DNA of 47,553 nucleotides, from NCBI GenBank assembly GCA_964448275.1, contig CAYUWI010000002.1, forward strand, positions 1 through 47,553, read 5' to 3'. Positions 33,751-44,177 of this stretch are shown here, in pieces. A program made the position numbers and the translations under genes. Positions within the stretch are counted from its first letter, which is position 1. Every line of letters begins with the position of its first letter. Source of the stretch: an uncultured Gammaproteobacteria bacterium. GTDB lineage: Bacteria; Pseudomonadota; Gammaproteobacteria; Thiohalorhabdales; CAYUWI01. The notes under the pieces were generated by a model. The model made no database searches and was not told the origin of the DNA. It saw only the letters and a program-made list of their open reading frames with translations.

Positions 33751-34492
33751 TGCTCTCCCCTGGTTCCTGAAATACAAGATCACCCCTACCAATCCGTCGA
33801 TTCGCTTGGTTAAGTTGGAATTGCTCGGGGTGAGGAGCCATCCCCCCAGTCGTGCATAGTGGGAGCCTTCTGATATGGGTCCCATCGCAGGAGTCCCTTA
33901 GGGGGACATCATGGCCCCAAGTACTAGATGGGTCTCTTAGCACTCGCCCTGGGGAACAGGGCCAACACAACAGCGAATAATGTGAGTCTAGCTCCTTATG
34001 CTCCCCTCGAATCGGTTGGAAGTGCCTTTTTCTTGTTTCTTGGAAATCACCCCATCCTCCGAGTAGCTCGATTTGGCCACGGTGGTTCGGTCTTCCCAAG
34101 GTAAGGGGGTTTGCATAGTTCCCCGATCTGCGCTATGTGGCGACAGAATCTAAGCCACCTACGCGTAAGCTATATGGAAATCTAACATTATACGCTATTA
34201 TTGTCTTTTGCGTATCGAACTATCTGTTGATTGCAAACACGCTACCTGAACCTAGCTACAATGCAGGTTAAGATCCCTTTTTAAAAGGAAAAAGTTCATT
34301 TAACACATGGGAATACTACGGATGGGGAGGCTCCAATCGAGTTGGTCGAGCGCGTGACTGTTCCGGGTACGTTATTAGTTAACTGCTTATCTGCTTCGAT
34401 CAGGAAGCAAACAACTTTTCCTTGGTTACCGCAAGCGGCAGTGAAGCGATATCCATCAGTGATCCGGTTCCTGACCAAAGCGGATAGGCAAC

Positions 34493-34801
34493 TTAGTTAA
34501 GGTGGTCGATCCACCGTAGATAGGCGGGGAGGCCATGACCAATGGAGACTGCGATGATCTCTGGAACATCGTAAGGATGGTTCTCGACGACAGCGGCTTC
34601 CAGAGCGGGATAGAGTGCCTCCTTCGTCTTAATCATAAGTAGGATCTCTGTTTCTTCTTCGATTTGGCCTTCCCATTCGAATACGCTAACTCCGGCAGGG
34701 AATCGGTGTACACAGGCAGCAAGGCGCTCTTTGATCACTTTGTGACTTATACCCTGCGCTACCTCCTCATTGGGGCAAGTCGTGTATACAATAATGTTCA
34801 T
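34493..34801 (-). CDS. cutA: divalent-cation tolerance protein CutA
   Basis: 102-aa ORF with VYTTCP, RLAACV, Y.WEG-type (FEWEGQIEE) and HPYDVPEI motifs. Confidence 0.9.
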   Translation of the reverse strand: MNIIVYTTCPNEEVAQGISHKVIKERLAACVHRFPAGVSVFEWEGQIEEETEILLMIKTKEALYPALEAAVVENHPYDVPEIIAVSIGHGLPAYLRWIDHLN

Positions 34802-35026
34802 GGAGACCTCCTTGGTGAAGTTCTCGAGTTAGTACACTTACTTTCCACGGAGTTCAGCCTTGCTTGTAGAGGGTGAAGGTTAATTTAAGCAAGGAACACT
34901 GCAATAGGTTAACAATACCCTGGTTGATGTCATTTGATTGCTGTTTTGGGGGCATTTCCCCGGTAACATTACAGGTGCAGACTATCTAAGAGCTAATATC
35001 TACCCTACCATAGGAGCCCCACGCCG

Positions 35027-35470
35027 ATGCGGGTACTACCTACTCTCTTTCTTGTGTTCCTTGCGGTCCCTCTACTCGAGGTCTACCTCCTAATAAAGGT
35101 AGGTCAGCAAATTGGGGCAAGTTGGACTATTGGTTTGGTCGTTGCAACAGCCTTGATCGGGGGTGTGCTGGCCCGTTATCAAGGCCTAGTTACCCTCACT
35201 CGATTCTATTCCCAGGTACAACGCGGTGAATTGCCGACCCAGGTCCTATTCGATGGGGCGTGCCTGCTTGTAGCAGGGGCCTTACTCTTGACCCCCGGGT
35301 TCTTCACCGATGCGGTTGGGTTTGCACTCTTGACCCCACCGCTGCGAACCTTGGCTTTCACCTATCTCCGTAAACATCTCCATGTTCAGGTTGGTCCCTA
35401 TCATCGCCCTGAATCAAACTCCGACACCATCGAAGGTCGCTTTCGTCGAACCGATCGGGATGAAGAGTAA
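35027..35470 (+). CDS. fxsA: FxsA family inner-membrane protein
   Basis: LLEVYLLIKVG and LLLTPGFFTDAVGFALLTPPLR motifs. Lies immediately upstream of groESL, as in E. coli. Confidence 0.85.
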   Translation: MRVLPTLFLVFLAVPLLEVYLLIKVGQQIGASWTIGLVVATALIGGVLARYQGLVTLTRFYSQVQRGELPTQVLFDGACLLVAGALLLTPGFFTDAVGFALLTPPLRTLAFTYLRKHLHVQVGPYHRPESNSDTIEGRFRRTDRDEE

Positions 35471-35539
35471 GACTCAAGAAGGTACACCGTTTGCGGTTTG
35501 TGTCCAATTTCCATTAATAACCCCAGCCTCTTGGACCAC

Positions 35540-35567
35540 TTGACAATCCTTACCTGTTCAGTATCAT
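35540..35567 (+). promoter_or_regulatory. sigma70-type promoter of groESL
   Basis: TTGACA (35540..35545), a 16-nt spacer, then TATCAT (35562..35567). Confidence 0.6.
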
Positions 35568-35583
35568 ACATCCCATCTCATTA

Positions 35584-35610
35584 TTAGCACTCAAATAAAA
35601 AGAGTGCTAA
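35584..35610 (+). promoter_or_regulatory. CIRCE operator (HrcA binding site)
   Basis: TTAGCACTC-aaataaaaa-GAGTGCTAA is a perfect match to the TTAGCACTC-N9-GAGTGCTAA consensus. It starts 17 nt after the -10 element and ends 60 nt before the groES ATG. Confidence 0.9.
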
Positions 35611-35669
35611 TAATTCCACAAAATCCCTTTACGAGTCGTTCCATCAGCCCACAGGGAGGAAGCGGTTTT

Positions 35670-35960
35670 ATGAAGCTCCGACCTCTACACGACCGTGTCG
35701 TAGTTAGACGCATCGAGGAAGAAGAAAAGACCGAATCTGGCCTTTACATTCCCGACACCGCAAAAGAGAAACCTATCCAGGGGGAAGTCCTTGCCGTGGG
35801 CCCGGGTAAAAGGCTCGACAGCGGTGAGGTCCGTCCTGTCTCTGTCAAGGAGGGGGACAAGGTTGTCTTCGCCAAGTACGCCGGTACCGAGATTAATCTC
35901 GGGCGTGAGGATGTGCTGGTGATGCGTGAGGACGACATTATGGGAGTGATCGAAGACTAG
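35670..35960 (+). CDS. groES: co-chaperonin GroES
   Basis: The start was moved to the ATG at 35670 ([29 protein letters not shown]; GGGAGGA upstream). Length 96 aa. Confidence 0.95.
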   Translation: MKLRPLHDRVVVRRIEEEEKTESGLYIPDTAKEKPIQGEVLAVGPGKRLDSGEVRPVSVKEGDKVVFAKYAGTEINLGREDVLVMREDDIMGVIED

Positions 35961-36008
35961 TCAAAGGATGCAAGGTCCAAAGTGCCCACTGACCCAATCC
36001 GAATTTAA

Positions 36009-37682
<1,674 letters not shown>

Positions 37683-37714
37683 CATCTCCGCCACCTTGTG
37701 CTCACCCCGACACC

Positions 37715-37746
37715 AGCCCCACCGGCAAACGGTGGGGCTTTATTTA
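37715..37746 (+). terminator. Rho-independent terminator of groESL
   Basis: AGCCCCACCG-gcaaa-CGGTGGGGCT followed by TTATTT. Confidence 0.8.
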
Positions 37747-38170
37747 CTCCATTCACACCAGGCCCTTTTGAGGAGAGGGTGTGCTTGCCTTGGAACCGTT
37801 GTGGGTAATTGTTTACTGCAAGGAGATAATATGGAAGAAGACAGATCGCAGTAAACATGATAAGGTTAAATGGTATAATTTTGCAGAAAAAAATCGGATT
37901 ACGGCATAAAAGAGAATCTATAGTACCATACATCCTGGGTCGCTATTATTTACGCCCTCTATATAAGAGAGGAGGCGCATTATGGCGGTAAGGGCTTGCG
38001 GTATGCTCGGGTAGGGTATAGCTAGAGCATTGCAGGCGAGGGAGTGGCAAGAGAGAGCGGGTTAGGTGGCCTATACTAAGGAGCAGAGGAGATTGTATCC
38101 CCGGGATGACGATTCGGGGATGAGCAACCTGTAACACCGATCAAGATGGTTGTACGTGAGGAGTTGCGGT

Positions 38171-40483
38171 ATGCCGGAGGAACGTCGTGGGATACAGTGC
38201 AAGGTCGCGGAGGCTCAGAACAAGGACGTGGGGCGGGCCTACGCACGTATGGCTCCGGAAGACCTAGAGCGCCTGGGGGTAGAGGTCGGCGACTTCGTGC
38301 AGGTGATCGGCAAATACAATACGGCATGTAAGGCCATGCCCGCTCAGCGGGATAAGGAGGATCATGGACAACAATCTCCCTTGATCTACGATCCGGATAG
38401 CAAGGATTTCCAGGCTGTGCCTGATCAGGTAGATAAGCGGTACGCCACGGATACCTGGGAGGAGACCATTGCCAAGGCGGCCTCGACGATCGCCGTCCAG
38501 CTTGACGGTATCACACGCGAGAACGCGGGAGCTGGTCTGGACGATACCGTTGAGGTCCACCCCATTGAGTGCCAGCCGAGTAAGCGCATTGAGGTAAGCC
38601 CCATCAATGTGAATCTAAAAAGCGGGGACCTGCGGTATGTGAGCCTCTTCGAGGGCCTTCCACTGCAGCGAGGTGATCGCGTCCGGGCGACCCTCATGGG
38701 GAGCCGCACAGCCGATTTCCGGGTCGAGAGCACCGACCCCAAGGGGCCTGTCTACATCGTCCCGAGCACCAAGCTAGCAATCAGTGAACGCAAAAAGGAG
38801 AGTCAGAAGGAACAGGAGACCGAGCGCGCAGTCTCCTATGAAGATATCGGGGGGATCCAATCCCAGCTCCAGCACATTCGAGAGATGATCGAGCTGCCAT
38901 TGCGCTTTCCCGAAGTCTTCGAACGGCTCGGGATCGAGGCACCGAAGGGGGTCTTGCTCCACGGCCCTCCCGGCTGCGGCAAGACCCTGATCGCTCGGGC
39001 CATCGCCTATGAGGCAGAGGCCCAATTCTTTTCTGTGAGTGGCCCCGAGATCATGCATAAGTTCTACGGGGAGAGTGAAGCCCATCTGCGCAACATCTTC
39101 GAAGAGGCAACCAAGCACGGACCAAGCATCATCTTCTTGGACGAGATCGACGCGATCGCCCCCCGTCGCGAGCAGGTGGGAGGCGACGTGGAGAAGCGTG
39201 TAGTGGCGCAGCTGCTCGCCCTAATGGATGGGTTGACCAGCCGCCAGAATGTCGTGGTCATTGCCGCCACCAATATCCCGAACGTGATCGATCCAGCCTT
39301 ACGCCGTCCTGGCCGCTTTGACCGAGAGATAGAGATCCCGATTCCCGACCGGAGGGGGAGGCTCCAGATCCTGCAGGTCCACAGTCGGGGGATGTCCATG
39401 GCAGAAGATGTCAATTTGGAGCGGATGGCAGAGATCACCCATGGCTTCGTGGGCGCGGACCTGGAAGCACTCTGCCGCGAATCAGCGATGAACTGCCTGC
39501 GGCGGGTAGTCCCGGAGTTTGACTTCACCATGACCCGCCTCCCCTATGAGCAACTGATCAAACTCCAGATCTCGATGGACGACTTTCGGGCCGCACTGCA
39601 CGAGGTAGAGGCCTCAGCAATCCGCGAGGTCTTTGTCGATGTCCCGCCCGTGAAGTGGGATGAGATCGGCGGTTTGTCGACAGCCAAAGAGCGCCTCCAA
39701 GAGGCTGTGGAGTGGCCTCTCAAGTACCCACACCTCTTCGAACAGGCTGGAATCAGCCCGCCCAAAGGGATCCTCCTTGATGGCCCCCCAGGGACAGGAA
39801 AGACCCTATTAGCCAAGGCGATTGCCAATGAGAGCAATGTCAACTTGATCTCAGTCAAGGGGCCCTCACTCCTATCTATGTATGTGGGTGAGTCGGAGCG
39901 AGGGATCCGAGAGTCCTTCCACAAGGCCCGACAGGCCGCCCCTTGCATCCTCTTCTTCGACGAGATCGATGCCCTACTGCCCACCCGGTCTGGGGGGATT
40001 GCGGAGTCACGAGTGACCGAGCAGGTCCTGAGTCAATTCTTGGCGGAGATGGACGGGATCGAGGAACTCAAAGGGGTCCTGGTCTTGGGTGCAACCAACC
40101 GTATGGATAAGCTTGATCCAGCGGCGCTACGCCCGGGTCGCTTCGATGAGCTCGTCCATCTGCCTCTACCCAATGAGCAGGACCGCAAGGAGATCTTTGA
40201 GATCCACCTCCGGGATAAGCCGCTCGCCTCAGGAATCGACATTAATCGGCTTGCGGTTCGAACAGAGGGGCTTAGTGGTGCGATGATCTCCGGTATATGC
40301 GATGCAATGGCTCGGCGGGCGGTGCGCCGCGCCGTGGCCGATATCGAGAAAGTGAGTAATGAACAGCAAGACCTGGAAGTCCACATCACCCCAGAAGATG
40401 TTGAAAACGCGCTTGCTGAGCTTATTGCGACGGAGGAAGAGGAGCCCCACCACGAGCAAACCCAGAGTGAAAGCATCCAATAA
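38171..40483 (+). CDS. Cdc48/VAT/p97-like type II AAA+ ATPase (N domain + D1 + D2)
   Basis: The start was set to the ATG at 38171 (GAGGAG lies 7 nt upstream); a TTG at 38150 is also possible. The N domain resembles archaeal VAT (KVAEAQNKDVGRAYARM..., LDGITRENAGAGLDDTVEV). Two AAA modules are present: GPPGCGKT/IIFLDEID and GPPGTGKT/ILFFDEID. Both carry SRH-type motifs (ATN...DPALRRPGRFD). Length 770 aa. Confidence 0.85.
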   Translation: MPEERRGIQCKVAEAQNKDVGRAYARMAPEDLERLGVEVGDFVQVIGKYNTACKAMPAQRDKEDHGQQSPLIYDPDSKDFQAVPDQVDKRYATDTWEETIAKAASTIAVQLDGITRENAGAGLDDTVEVHPIECQPSKRIEVSPINVNLKSGDLRYVSLFEGLPLQRGDRVRATLMGSRTADFRVESTDPKGPVYIVPSTKLAISERKKESQKEQETERAVSYEDIGGIQSQLQHIREMIELPLRFPEVFERLGIEAPKGVLLHGPPGCGKTLIARAIAYEAEAQFFSVSGPEIMHKFYGESEAHLRNIFEEATKHGPSIIFLDEIDAIAPRREQVGGDVEKRVVAQLLALMDGLTSRQNVVVIAATNIPNVIDPALRRPGRFDREIEIPIPDRRGRLQILQVHSRGMSMAEDVNLERMAEITHGFVGADLEALCRESAMNCLRRVVPEFDFTMTRLPYEQLIKLQISMDDFRAALHEVEASAIREVFVDVPPVKWDEIGGLSTAKERLQEAVEWPLKYPHLFEQAGISPPKGILLDGPPGTGKTLLAKAIANESNVNLISVKGPSLLSMYVGESERGIRESFHKARQAAPCILFFDEIDALLPTRSGGIAESRVTEQVLSQFLAEMDGIEELKGVLVLGATNRMDKLDPAALRPGRFDELVHLPLPNEQDRKEIFEIHLRDKPLASGIDINRLAVRTEGLSGAMISGICDAMARRAVRRAVADIEKVSNEQQDLEVHITPEDVENALAELIATEEEEPHHEQTQSESIQ

Positions 40484-40604
40484 GGGGATCCTGCCAGAGG
40501 GGGAGTACCGACCGGTTGTTCCATACTGCATCCGAGAGGGCCAGGGAGGCCGCATGCAGGTCGACCCCTATAAAGGGATCCTTTGATCCTTTGACCTACG
40601 GGCT

Positions 40605-41174
40605 TCAAGCTCGTCGGGCACTCTCACCTCGCTTGATCCCACCCGCGATCAGATGGGCTACCCGCAGAGGTTCTGGTAAGGCTCCGTGGACAGCCAGGTG
40701 GGTGATGACCTGTTGGGCAGTAGTTTGAGAGATTCCAGCACGCTGGACATGTAGATTGGCGATCGGATCCATGGGACCCAAGCGGTGGAGGATACTCCAC
40801 TTCTGCTCACCGCCTGGGACACGTTTCAGAAGGGCTCGACGGATAGCCTTCCTGTCCGGTCTCCGACGGGTAATTGCCATGGCCGGGATCTCGAGTTGTC
40901 GGTGCAATGCTTCTAGGTCGACCACGTTGAAACCAGCCAGTGCTATCCCCTGGATCAAGATCAACTGAAGCTGGGGAAAGAATCGAGAATGTGCTAGGAG
41001 TCGAGCGAGCACCTCGGTAGCGTCATTGCCATCTCGGGTAACCTGACCACTGAGTATCCCTTCCAGGCGTAATCCGGAAAACACTGTCCCAACCACCAAG
41101 ACAGGTTCCCTCGAATCCCGCTCAAAAGGGGCATCATCAAAACCAACCACATGCGAGATGGCCGGCCTGCGCAC
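40605..41174 (-). CDS. DUF99/UPF0215 family protein (endonuclease V-like fold)
   Basis: 189-aa ORF with VVGFDDAPF near the N-terminus, a central IQGIALAGFNVVD motif and a C-terminal PEPLRVAHLIAGG motif. This matches my memory of the mainly archaeal DUF99 family. The GTG start lies 19 nt after the polA stop, with a GGGGAG RBS in between. Confidence 0.65.
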   Translation of the reverse strand: MRRPAISHVVGFDDAPFERDSREPVLVVGTVFSGLRLEGILSGQVTRDGNDATEVLARLLAHSRFFPQLQLILIQGIALAGFNVVDLEALHRQLEIPAMAITRRRPDRKAIRRALLKRVPGGEQKWSILHRLGPMDPIANLHVQRAGISQTTAQQVITHLAVHGALPEPLRVAHLIAGGIKRGESARRA

Positions 41175-41193
41175 TGCATAGAGCTCCCCGGCC

Positions 41194-43911
41194 TTAGTGG
41201 GCCTCTTCCCAATTCATGCCAATACCGACCTCGACCTCAAGCGGGACCTCCAATTCCGTGCCCTGAGTCATTAGAGTGGGGAGCTCACATTTGAGCCGTT
41301 GGGTCTCCTCGAATGGGCATTCAAGGACAAGCTCGTCATGGACCTGCATTAGCAGCCGGGCCTGTAATCCGCTCTGGATGAGCCAGTCGTCGACATTGAT
41401 CATCGCCTGCTTGATCGTATCGGCGGCGGAACCTTGGACAGGGGCATTGATGGCAGCTCTCTCGGCCGCTGCACGGACGGCGGGGGTCCGAGAGTGGATA
41501 TCCGGTAGATAGAGGCGACGACCGCGCAGGGTCTCTACATAGCCCTGATTGTGGGCCTGTTGCCGAGCCGCCCCCATATAGGCATAAACCCCTGGATAGC
41601 GAGCGAAATAGGCGTCAATGTAAGACTGGGCCTCCTCACGCGAGATCTCAAGCTGCTGAGCCAATCCGAAAGCGGACATCCCGTAGATCAGACCAAAGTT
41701 GATGGTCTTGGCGGCACGCCGCTGTTCTGGAGCAATCTGTTCTGGGCCTGAGGCCCCAAAGACCTCTGCTGCGGTCGCGGCGTGGATATCCTCACCCAAC
41801 GCAAAGGCCTGTCGCAGACGTGCGTCCCCCGAGATGTGGGCCATTAGACGGAGCTCGATCTGGGAATAATCAGCGGCCACCATCACCCATCCCGTTTCCG
41901 GGACAAAGGCCCGCCGAATGCGGCGGCCCCTCTCAGTACGGATCGGGATATTCTGGAGGTTCGGATCGCTTGACGAGAGCCGGCCCGTAGCCGTGGTGGC
42001 CTGGTGGTAGTGGGTATGAACTCTCCCAGTCTCCGGGTTGACCAACCGTGGCAAGGTATCAATGTAGGTCGATTTGAGCTTGGCCAAAGCCCGATACTCA
42101 AGGATCTTGGCTGGCAAGGGGTAATCGATCGCCAGTTGGGAGAGTACCTCCTCTGCAGTGGAGGGGGCCCCTTTCGGTGTACGCTTCAGCACAGGGAGTT
42201 CGTTGTCCTCGTAGAGGATCGCTTGGATCTGTTTGGGTGAGTTAAGATTAAACTTCGTACCAGCGAGTGTGTAAGCGTGATCCCTTAGCGATTCCATCTC
42301 AGCGGCAAGTTCCGCCCCAAGCTCCTCGAGCAAGCCTGCGTCCAAGCGGACCCCGGTACGCTCCACCTTCGCCAGGATCGGCATGAGGGGTAAGTCGAGC
42401 TCAGTATAAATTGCATACAGACGTGGCGATTGCTGCAACTCGGTCAATAGGTTATCCGCAAGGGTCAAAGTGGTCTCAGCATCCTCCCCCGCATAAGGGG
42501 TGGCTTGATCCACTGAGACCCGATCAAAGGTTACCTTCTTGGCCCCTTGCCCGGCCAGTTCCGAATAGGGGGTCAGGTAGCGTCCCAGCCGCTCCCTGGC
42601 CACAGTATCAAGGTCATGGTGGTGCCGACTGGGATTGAGTACGTAGCTCAGCAATAACGTATCTTGGAAGGGTCCGGCTACCTCGATCCCAGCCCGGGAG
42701 AGCACATTTAGATCGTATTTCAGATTGTGGCCAATCTTACAGATCCCTGTCTGAGCCAGAATCGGGCGGACAACATCGAGGACCTGGGTATAAGGCAGTT
42801 GCTCTGAACTCCCGTGGCCCGTGTGGCCAACGGGGATGTAGTAACCGCTTCCAGTTTCCACGGTGAAAGCGAGCCCGACCAAATCCGCAGTGACTGCTTG
42901 CAGCGAGGTAGTCTCGGTATCGAAGGCAAAACGGGTGGTGGATCCTAATCGGTTGATTAGCTCAGTAAGCTCTAGCTCTCGAGTCACCTTGTGGTACTGT
43001 GGTGATGCTTCAGCTCCCCTGCTGTTGTGCCCCTTCAGGGAACGGATCAAGCTATGGAATTCCAGCTCCAAGAGTAACTCCCGGAGACGATCGTGGTTCA
43101 GTTCACTCCGCTCAAGCTCATTGAGCCGGTGAGTTAACTCGAGCTGTCGGCGGATCGTAACGAGATTGCGGCTGAGTCGAAGTTGGTCAGCATAGGCCTC
43201 CAATTTGGCCCGCTGTTTCCCTTGGAGCTCGTCGAGATGGGCAAGGAGGTTATCTACCGAACCGTAGGCTGTGATTAGCTTGGTTGCCGTTTTGGCCCCG
43301 ATCCCAGGGACCCCAGGGATATTGTCTGAGGGATCCCCAACAAGAGCAAGATGATCTGGGATGTTGAGAGGGGGGACCCCGTAACGCTGAATAACGCGCT
43401 CGACGTCGATAACCTCGTCTTTCGCCGTGTCAAGTAGGCAAATCTTGGTATCGACCAGCTGGGCCATATCCTTGTCTGCTGTAACAATGACCACGTTTTG
43501 GTCCAAGCCCTCTGCTTGGGTAGCGAGGGTCCCAATGACATCATCTGCTTCCACCCCGGCCTCTGACAGGATGGGCAACCCAAAGGCCTCGGTTAGGCTG
43601 TGGATGTAGGGGATCTGCTGGGCAAGGTCTTCCGGCATTTCAGGCCGATTGGCCTTGTACTCTGGATAGAGTTCGTGACGGAAGGTCTTTCCCGGGGCAT
43701 CGAAAATGACCCCTACTTGATCAAGCTCATAATCGTTAAGCAACCGGGTGAGCATCTGGGCTACGCCGTAGATTGCGCCCGTAGCCAGGCCACTATGGGT
43801 AGATAGAGAGGGAAGGGCGTGATAGGCACGAAAGATATAGGAGCTTCCGTCAACCAAGAAGACTGGCTTCTGTTCTGTATCTACCATCAGAGCTAACGTA
43901 TCATGAGACAT
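41194..43911 (-). CDS. polA: DNA polymerase I
   Basis: 905-aa ORF with a 5'-3' exonuclease N-terminus, the 3'-5' exonuclease motif FAFDTETTSL, and polymerase motifs ADYSQIELRLMAH, RRAAKTINFGLIYG and QVHDELVLE. Confidence 0.95.
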   Translation of the reverse strand: MSHDTLALMVDTEQKPVFLVDGSSYIFRAYHALPSLSTHSGLATGAIYGVAQMLTRLLNDYELDQVGVIFDAPGKTFRHELYPEYKANRPEMPEDLAQQIPYIHSLTEAFGLPILSEAGVEADDVIGTLATQAEGLDQNVVIVTADKDMAQLVDTKICLLDTAKDEVIDVERVIQRYGVPPLNIPDHLALVGDPSDNIPGVPGIGAKTATKLITAYGSVDNLLAHLDELQGKQRAKLEAYADQLRLSRNLVTIRRQLELTHRLNELERSELNHDRLRELLLELEFHSLIRSLKGHNSRGAEASPQYHKVTRELELTELINRLGSTTRFAFDTETTSLQAVTADLVGLAFTVETGSGYYIPVGHTGHGSSEQLPYTQVLDVVRPILAQTGICKIGHNLKYDLNVLSRAGIEVAGPFQDTLLLSYVLNPSRHHHDLDTVARERLGRYLTPYSELAGQGAKKVTFDRVSVDQATPYAGEDAETTLTLADNLLTELQQSPRLYAIYTELDLPLMPILAKVERTGVRLDAGLLEELGAELAAEMESLRDHAYTLAGTKFNLNSPKQIQAILYEDNELPVLKRTPKGAPSTAEEVLSQLAIDYPLPAKILEYRALAKLKSTYIDTLPRLVNPETGRVHTHYHQATTATGRLSSSDPNLQNIPIRTERGRRIRRAFVPETGWVMVAADYSQIELRLMAHISGDARLRQAFALGEDIHAATAAEVFGASGPEQIAPEQRRAAKTINFGLIYGMSAFGLAQQLEISREEAQSYIDAYFARYPGVYAYMGAARQQAHNQGYVETLRGRRLYLPDIHSRTPAVRAAAERAAINAPVQGSAADTIKQAMINVDDWLIQSGLQARLLMQVHDELVLECPFEETQRLKCELPTLMTQGTELEVPLEVEVGIGMNWEEAH

Positions 43912-44177
43912 TGTGTCCTAGGATCCTGGGGAATGGAACCAAATTAGGGGAACGGACATCGGCCCCAGGAAGGAGATATTTTTTGCTGCTTATACCTAGC
44001 TATTTTGACAAGCCCCACTTGGCTATACTGTCAAACTGTGCAGTCGAGTGGCTTCATTCTATACGCTGAATCAAACGGTATGCGAACACCCTACTGACCG
44101 CGACCTTCTAGCAGGGTTCCCCATTCCCACTCGAGGCAACATCTCTGCCTCTCGCAGCAGATCGAGTCAAGCCCCTG

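Noticed and set aside
33737-34099. A 120-aa ORF upstream of and overlapping accB, considered as a possible aroQ
   Set aside because: The sequence bears no resemblance to type II dehydroquinase motifs, and it overlaps the supported accB start.
35571-35578. TCCCATCT, resembling a sigma32 -10 element (CCCCATNT), upstream of groES
   Set aside because: The only CTTGA-type -35 element lies 26 nt away, which is the wrong spacing. The same -35 fits a sigma70 -10 at 16 nt, and a perfect CIRCE element follows.
39064-40608. Several 146-191-aa ORFs antisense to the Cdc48-like gene
   Set aside because: They are Ser/Arg/Pro-rich shadow frames fully contained in a strongly supported CDS, with no motifs.
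44004-44035. TTGACA-N13-TATACT and an overlapping TTTGACA/TGTCAAA palindrome in the polA/LOG divergent spacer
   Set aside because: The 13-nt spacer is too short for a sigma70 promoter. The palindrome is short and interrupted. It may be an operator, but I cannot support that.
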